IMG/VR virus record: IMGVR_UViG_3300046387_001332
Source: a virus
DNA length: 64,000 bases
Strand: one strand, 5' to 3'
The position numbers were made by a program, and so were the translations under genes. Positions within the stretch are counted from its first letter, which is position 1; each line of letters opens with the position of its first letter. Under the pieces are notes generated by a model, which searched no databases, was not told where the DNA came from, and saw only the letters and a program-made list of their open reading frames with translations. This document shows positions 60,801 through 64,000 of this stretch, in pieces.

Positions 60801-62106
60801 AGTCGGAGTGGAAAGTGGTTCACCAGACTCATTTTGGTTTATTGACGACATCCCTGTTGAGTCACAACAAGATTATTCGGAAGAACCCACACCAATTAAA
60901 GGTTGGTCCGATATTAATATTGAAGTTCGTGATAATCTCGAATTACATTATGTATTTAATAATTCACGTGAAATAAATTATCCAGAAACACCAACACCTT
61001 CACCTTCACCTTCACCATCTAGGTCTAGGACGAAAACAAAAACAACTACTCAAACGAAAACAAAAACTAAAACCCCAACATATACACCCACACCAACAAA
61101 AACACCCACACCAACACCAACTAAAACTCCAAGTATGTCAGCATCATTGTCCTATTCAAATACAAAGTCAATATCGTATAGTAAGTCAATAAGTTATTCA
61201 AAATCGAGATCATATACCGATTCCGGTACTCCAACAAGATCTTCATCTAGGAGTATATCATATTCAAAATCAGAAAGTGCTTCAAAATCATATTCACAAT
61301 CAAAAACACCAACATTAATACTTCCAAATAGTTTTGATGTAACTCAGGACGGAATGACACTTAGTTCAGTGATTTATATAACAGGTGGTCATTTATTAAA
61401 TAAACAAATATTTGCAAGTTTGGCAGAAGTATCTGGTGTTGATCCAAATACATTCAACAACGCATCATTGAGTGGTGCTTACGCCCTTACCACATTTGCA
61501 AACGGTGGAAGGTGGGAACACATTGATTCTGAAAATGGAATAAGACTACAAATTTATCGTGACAATCAAAACTGGTGGTATATTGCGGTGATTGATTATG
61601 CAAATGTAAAATTTAATAAACCGATATTTTTTGCTAGAGATATTAGTGTACGTCCTGAAACATTTGATAATTGGACACAGGACAAGCCATTAGAGTGGGG
61701 TCAACTATTTACCCATCCTGAATTATTTGCAAATGTACCCACAAGTCTAAAAGATAAAGCAAACACATATAATGTAGATTCACAAAAAGAAATTCCATTT
61801 GATGTTGATCCAGACTCTCCGTATGTAATAACTTTAAAAATAAAACCAATTACTGGCTCATCATCAATGGCAGATGTAATTACAGAAAGTGATGTTGTGT
61901 ATTTTCACGATTGGCAACTAGACTCAAGTGTATGTGATAATTACGAAAATGCACTCAACTTTACTTATAGAATAACTGAAGTAGTATCTAAGAATCCAGA
62001 CGGGTGGACACTTAAATTACAAAATACAATGTTTACAAATCCAACATTTATGTGTCCGATTGAGGTAATACAGAAATTTGGATATGTAACGATAATAAAG
62101 GCATAA
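51862..62106 (+). CDS. Giant (3414 aa) baseplate/tail-associated structural protein
   Basis: EISQTRTEVKI, IPEFL...FDHI, WRRILNNLPYILKTKGT..LLRCY (baseplate wedge/gpI-like), LamG-like segment, repeated aromatic modules, Pro/Thr/Ser tract. Confidence 0.7.
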   Translation: MATNLQYIQSEPSDDKKLTRGYFVNKDTLDLSYELNPTEYIFGKSPKDTLEFTVYNLDQEKLGWKNIEDTPVYENQVLNYTDYNGDFISGTTQVFSQNYSLIGNEVFVSPSADLQSLELDRGSYYIRYSFLNNICGSFENPTKLVIAEISQTRTEVKIIPECLKTSSNPSDASLTFEYLNLINKRIPGPSLYNFTENFIKKIDVRDLSFQDEIASLVENYEDVLNKSKQVLGTDLVKDVYESIESINKKLIDLYKNILLSKYNNVFTQSDYYFEFLNSINYLVSVHPRLGDSQVDEDVINFYKTVLISLFDVDYLNSLFVDRFDTYLNNYINFGEGEKYPLISVTPTLENQSDEQKHQPCILKLFDPLPTNIAVGQKLYLSSSIYSDDVMQKTNFFKTSKVSAFKLRGPDRFKIISTSGTTQLNRDELQNETEPKLDKATKSISNYFSEDINVNNHDYSDFKDFVKFSSASKQLEIFIAKHSKISDLINKIDAIEYDILSLQKRIESNLATEEDASDAINILKKIDLDNYKKSLDELLYSLTDYERFLFYEESDNAFPRNEYIYISGITGLNETANGRYIKYGYNDGKYDFKHTNGNWFIWWEVEEASWILSDTRYFKLSNWIKINEDSYYFTYNISELTSEGFNESDRIVSNRELVRVGPEIGKIAPDYISTRAKEWTQSLSYQWFQKKHKEASYYDRENYESLAMNIPEFLRRNEENDEFIDLLNLVGLHFDHINGYIENLGNSRKIRNKNTKGIPDKLIYYFLQSLGINFAGQNINLDDIQKSNVNDKETQTYRRNQIWRRILNNLPYILKTKGTLSSITALLRCYDIPDHLFSIREYGGASEYSDKEGDSAFTFDTYDYGLSISHENQYIQLPWSYENKKASSLELNIIFDSSINNGSHRVKLIEGESWELGVQFLAENDGDYGRFYMRVGEHEQMCPSELKNPVYMWFEEGFDILVQRSESFNRLKRKTISLYVKRKVDNKIVFSENTDIIIDEKNYESFSNDDYIFIGNYTDHTYKGVINRLRVYASPISEDKFENHVLFSQSYNISDFYNLRDTLLFKSNLDYPLDLSDTANYKTGYGILNNSAFSKDLKSHARCFNFIKKEFPFDFVGRYKKEIADLPGYGNHAFNNNKIRNESQELISTLNPRFSATKKSLDRAGKDSNTVGLFFGSSIPLNEEIIKFFGKFKLGDYIGDPSYYDKRKYKELENLRKVFVREGFSKIDWSNYLNTLKAYLDESLFENFEKLLPARSRVIAGLVVEPTILERSKFKGINVDNEIQTNYQNITIVNSTDKIKPLKNIRLSGRNKNKDIVSFANEKVFVNKPDNENKLCITADSMYKKVVGKTNKTSLYNNFYGELNSNSLESDIPTFGHVFKDGNLYRTEYTSNEFYYDTRWKSGLVDYTILTKFYIDIKILKKDTINVDERRLISSAEGRYTSQRNVNKKICFKNSANTWFIYYEPYVDQWVLIKYDPRKVRNTETLLSDGSIIRFYANVDSDKYFPSDFNIVVPNEISKLLGNFTIWSPFFLNNKKSGPLNSYKKYELSTGVTFNSNKRMRLSGTVNGVIDCQISGLFNGTYTLISNINGEEVIERKTGVIRFRNQKIKVRLEGFFTGILENGFVGNKNTDSKFILSDGLYNNQRFGGCYFSKKYMFGDINEIVENHPDNVIVNLDLYDPTKVNKSNYNFKNQVLVKTPKYVGFNFSNIINSTRKLEIKKESENKIFYENGIPMRNTKVKYENSFIHKTRDVLINPLITKLKFNTNVKIETTEIKNIKVIAYHTSYVDRDLNKELEYRVKFLRESEQENIEFLLKFVYDRKQELYNCNFNLFSSGLNLEENKVYSSSFISPDIVIENDLELNNLSNEIYSNTELNIKLTKNDFESELNTGRYLILKYNNSEFDDHFIYLMCLMDDSVDHILNLSSNNFIENTKDQISYGGINYYRNEVIDGYDVKSDIIEIIQNKHKLLDQTLDIGDDVTLEVSANSKMKYYSAVNRELNNDADDDEEAIIYTHDTLDAISNISINDKFLSYSCEIRPLLNQAYYNESNSLTKYFHVIGTDEYKGFYINDFNGRWITANGQYFRSYRKNKKNSYIHESGNWLVFYSITKPNCKKDSIKGAWVLLKIDSTNFAEKEEGELFTDQFIWMYGFKQSEFNGNVNNDSNEISSVKFSTNFGTGPTDTDLLYESNIDLYEDLSKDELFIQTESTKSSRKIIDSSFTIIPVKDKFRFADKYAVNYIGARNNILAWSVIIKSVENKLPPRAVYSKVYPEKDLDVTVEVSYENAFEKILPKVRLLGSDVRTSTINKIEGTYYKTTKIINKYPVFRNAHDYYIYYDTYTDKDGSMNVWVVGDEIIPLTDPVNSIVNTGKVIFISDSGACVTDEFYFRLGYDLTPNIFSYNDRDLVVAEGFRNAKLLDDRDTIIEWGARRNIDACSVCDDNNSSSYSVKIIPENASSLYIGPRIQVDDISGELNISIKCNRLDCTGDLFDFYGNYKKSDQFGDFQNPVYFNNNTENVQFEITDTGWELGYNVVIFNDTVSFISSKNKRVKNFDLKYEYPKYGTYIADTGSVVNIEIEKDEYDDVVLLSSSDEVKFNNKIFTKSHQLHNQRGVWHCNEELFIYYFRNEINNKEGWCVNDILTNKNVKYKQNIRLNSNGRDLDEIYGVYYMERGGVIDFNIENCLVANAEVLFTTTGRESINSTKQINESDPNSFAYRVSTRGSSKVDTDAFEVRKLTSSSSNLIETYIPFQFKYKPSCFERDVRNNPVFKIETNGKFDSNEKLKIDINYLDFQNTISVENKLLDSFDRVTGTNKLSRHIELYRNDTDQDTSSTRSIVKHLIGKQISDNMPEIKRINLNIDLDVDYFRDRTRIYDNEFLIEEDEDLVESFRDDGDEEDAKVDRIVEIKQLNKYKVNTEYRLCDVNRIKTPGKLVSQTKSKLHKSSKRRLFRRNSINDVNSTIDMFSGDTNKTSPIIRTRSVFDRVGVESGSPDSFWFIDDIPVESQQDYSEEPTPIKGWSDINIEVRDNLELHYVFNNSREINYPETPTPSPSPSPSRSRTKTKTTTQTKTKTKTPTYTPTPTKTPTPTPTKTPSMSASLSYSNTKSISYSKSISYSKSRSYTDSGTPTRSSSRSISYSKSESASKSYSQSKTPTLILPNSFDVTQDGMTLSSVIYITGGHLLNKQIFASLAEVSGVDPNTFNNASLSGAYALTTFANGGRWEHIDSENGIRLQIYRDNQNWWYIAVIDYANVKFNKPIFFARDISVRPETFDNWTQDKPLEWGQLFTHPELFANVPTSLKDKANTYNVDSQKEIPFDVDPDSPYVITLKIKPITGSSSMADVITESDVVYFHDWQLDSSVCDNYENALNFTYRITEVVSKNPDGWTLKLQNTMFTNPTFMCPIEVIQKFGYVTIIKA
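60985..61310 (+). repeat. Pro/Thr/Ser/Lys low-complexity coding tract (TPTPSPSPS, TKTKT, SISYSKS repeats)
   Basis: Visible in DNA and protein. Confidence 0.85.
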
Positions 62107-63135
62107 ATGGAAACAGAACACACAACGCATTTACATTATAGTGTAAAGGACCTTTCTGGAAAAAAAAGAAAAGGACACTTACACGGAAAAATAATTGATG
62201 GTGGTGCAACCCGTGATACATCAAAGTTCGCACATCTTGGAAACGACATAACAAATATTGAACTAGAGGAAGGTGAAGTTTACACACCAAGTGATTATGT
62301 TGATGTAATAGGTGGTTCTGATATCTTGACTAACTCACTGACAATTGCAATGTGGATAAACTTTCGTGGAGAAAGCAATCCAAAAGAATCATTAATTCAT
62401 ACACGTGGAGACTCTGACAAATTTTCATTTATGGTAAATATAAATGATTCCGAAGGAGATGACGAATTAACCGGTTTACTTGGATACACATGGAATAATT
62501 CAAAAGAAAATGTATCAACAAGTGAAGGTGCAAGTACAAAGTGGAAATATCCGTTTGTTTCATTTGAAGAACAAATTCCAAAAAATAAATGGACCTGGTT
62601 GGTCTTAATGCTATATCCATCAGGAACAACTCGTCTTTTTGTTGATAATGTATATAAGTCAGTATATGACGAGGGTTATATTCGTGATAAACTATTATTA
62701 AAGGATATAGAAATAGGTAGATTCAGTGGTTATGTTGATTCAATTTATTTATTTTCTGACAATCTTGATTATGGTAATGTTGAACTAGGAGAGTCTGCAA
62801 AATACGATTTGGAGTACTTATATAATACAAGTAGAACAACTCCATTGCAACCAAAGGTTATACAACGACCCCCTAGAAAAAAGACTTTATATGAGGGAAT
62901 ACCCTTTTATTATATGCAGGATGATGAATATTTAGAAGCAAATTCTGAATATAATAATAGAACACAAAGCAGAGTTGATGGGGGTGAGTATCTTCACAAT
63001 GTGATAAGATCACAAACTCAGGAAAATTTGAATTTACAAAAATATGAAGTAAACGGTGGACCTAATTCAGGTGCCCGTGTATTTGCTGATAATAAATTTA
63101 TGTCTTTTGTTGGTGAACTTAGAGAAAATAGTTAA
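62107..63135 (+). CDS. LamG/concanavalin A-like domain structural protein
   Basis: LTIAMWIN, NKWTWLVL, RLFVDN, IGRFSGYVDSIYLF. Confidence 0.7.
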   Translation: METEHTTHLHYSVKDLSGKKRKGHLHGKIIDGGATRDTSKFAHLGNDITNIELEEGEVYTPSDYVDVIGGSDILTNSLTIAMWINFRGESNPKESLIHTRGDSDKFSFMVNINDSEGDDELTGLLGYTWNNSKENVSTSEGASTKWKYPFVSFEEQIPKNKWTWLVLMLYPSGTTRLFVDNVYKSVYDEGYIRDKLLLKDIEIGRFSGYVDSIYLFSDNLDYGNVELGESAKYDLEYLYNTSRTTPLQPKVIQRPPRKKTLYEGIPFYYMQDDEYLEANSEYNNRTQSRVDGGEYLHNVIRSQTQENLNLQKYEVNGGPNSGARVFADNKFMSFVGELRENS

Positions 63136-63204
63136 TTGATGTGTAAAAAAAACTAATATATAAATATTTATTAAAACAGAACGAACTAAATATATATATT
63201 TATC

Positions 63205-63864
63205 ATGGGTTATCTAAATAACGAAACAATAACGGTTGAAGCAACTTTAACAAAAAGAGGAAGAGAACTGCTTGCATCCGAGTCTGGACTTAACATCACA
63301 AGTTTTGCACTTGCAGATGATGAAATAGATTATACATTATACGATCCAAATCATCCAGGTGGAACTCAATACTACGATGCGGCTATTAGAAGTGTACCTG
63401 TATTTGAACCACTTACAGACGAAACACAAGCACTTAAGTATAAACTTGTAACACTTCCACCTGGAACGCAATACATACCATTAATCAAACTTGGACAACA
63501 AAGCATTACACTTGATAAGAACTATAATGGTGTAGTTTCAATTTCTCCGACAACTGATCCTGTATATAACACAACACTTGGATATACAGCTGTTTTATCA
63601 GACAGACGGGTTGGCACACTTACAGGTTCGGGTGTAGACGGAACGGCTGCGTCATCATCTGCATTGTTTCTTGGTGACACTTCAAGTGAACAGGCACAAA
63701 CTGTAGTTGGATTGACATTTACATTTAGACCAAATGCTTCTATTGATAAAGATAGAACCGCAACATTAACAATCATTGGTAACGAAAGTGGTGGTTCGGT
63801 TACAATACCAGTTCGTGTATTTACAGACGCAATGGCAGAAAGTGGAATATCTGAATCATTATGA
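63205..63864 (+). CDS. Conserved phage tail/baseplate structural protein
   Basis: MGYLNNETITVEATLTKRGRELLA...FALADDEIDY...LKYKLVTLP; Ig-like C-terminus. Confidence 0.65.
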   Translation: MGYLNNETITVEATLTKRGRELLASESGLNITSFALADDEIDYTLYDPNHPGGTQYYDAAIRSVPVFEPLTDETQALKYKLVTLPPGTQYIPLIKLGQQSITLDKNYNGVVSISPTTDPVYNTTLGYTAVLSDRRVGTLTGSGVDGTAASSSALFLGDTSSEQAQTVVGLTFTFRPNASIDKDRTATLTIIGNESGGSVTIPVRVFTDAMAESGISESL

Positions 63865-64000
63865 TATATAAACAAATAGAAGAAACCGATAAAGTATTTG
63901 GTCGTTCTCAGAAAATATCTTCAGGAAGTTTTACAGAAGGTTTTCAATTATTGGGTATGCACATTGATGAAAGAGAATTAAATTCTGAACTTACAAAATA
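63861..64000 (+). CDS. Partial ORF (runs off window), likely structural
   Basis: ATGA overlap with the previous stop; MIYKQIEETDKVFGRSQKISSG... open to the end. Confidence 0.55.
   Translation, partial: MIYKQIEETDKVFGRSQKISSGSFTEGFQLLGMHIDERELNSELTK

Overview
64 kb AT-rich segment of a large contractile-tailed (myovirus-like, probably jumbo) dsDNA phage, standard genetic code, densely coding. Layout: (1) 1-6.7 kb, minus strand: replication/nucleotide genes (family B DNA polymerase truncated by the window edge, dUTPase, DUF4326-like, amino-DNA methyltransferase, histone H1/Hc1-like protein). (2) 6.8-13 kb, plus strand: HNH nuclease, five CCA-encoding tRNAs, a minimal SET-domain protein, an esterase-GDPD fusion and a possible PD-(D/E)XK protein. 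(3) 13-19.2 kb, minus strand: a tightly coupled five-gene operon (AsnB-like amidotransferase, stripped-down 2-hydroxyacid dehydrogenase, Asp/Asn beta-hydroxylase-like 2OG-Fe(II) oxygenase, fold-type-II PLP enzyme, SPPY amino-methyltransferase-fold protein). This is my best candidate for an undescribed DNA hypermodification pathway. (4) 19.3-31.4 kb, minus strand: nucleotide-sugar/glycosyltransferase/sulfotransferase island. (5) 32.4-64 kb, plus strand: PhoH, fibre/cement-like proteins, glycosyltransferase, HD protein, Hsp20 with a structured 5' UTR, a membrane coiled-coil gene with an apparent -1 frameshift at an A10 run into a mucin-like Pro/Thr/Ser tail, a phage sigma factor, and the baseplate/tail module including a 3414-aa protein. 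All product calls come from motif recognition by eye; no database searches were run.
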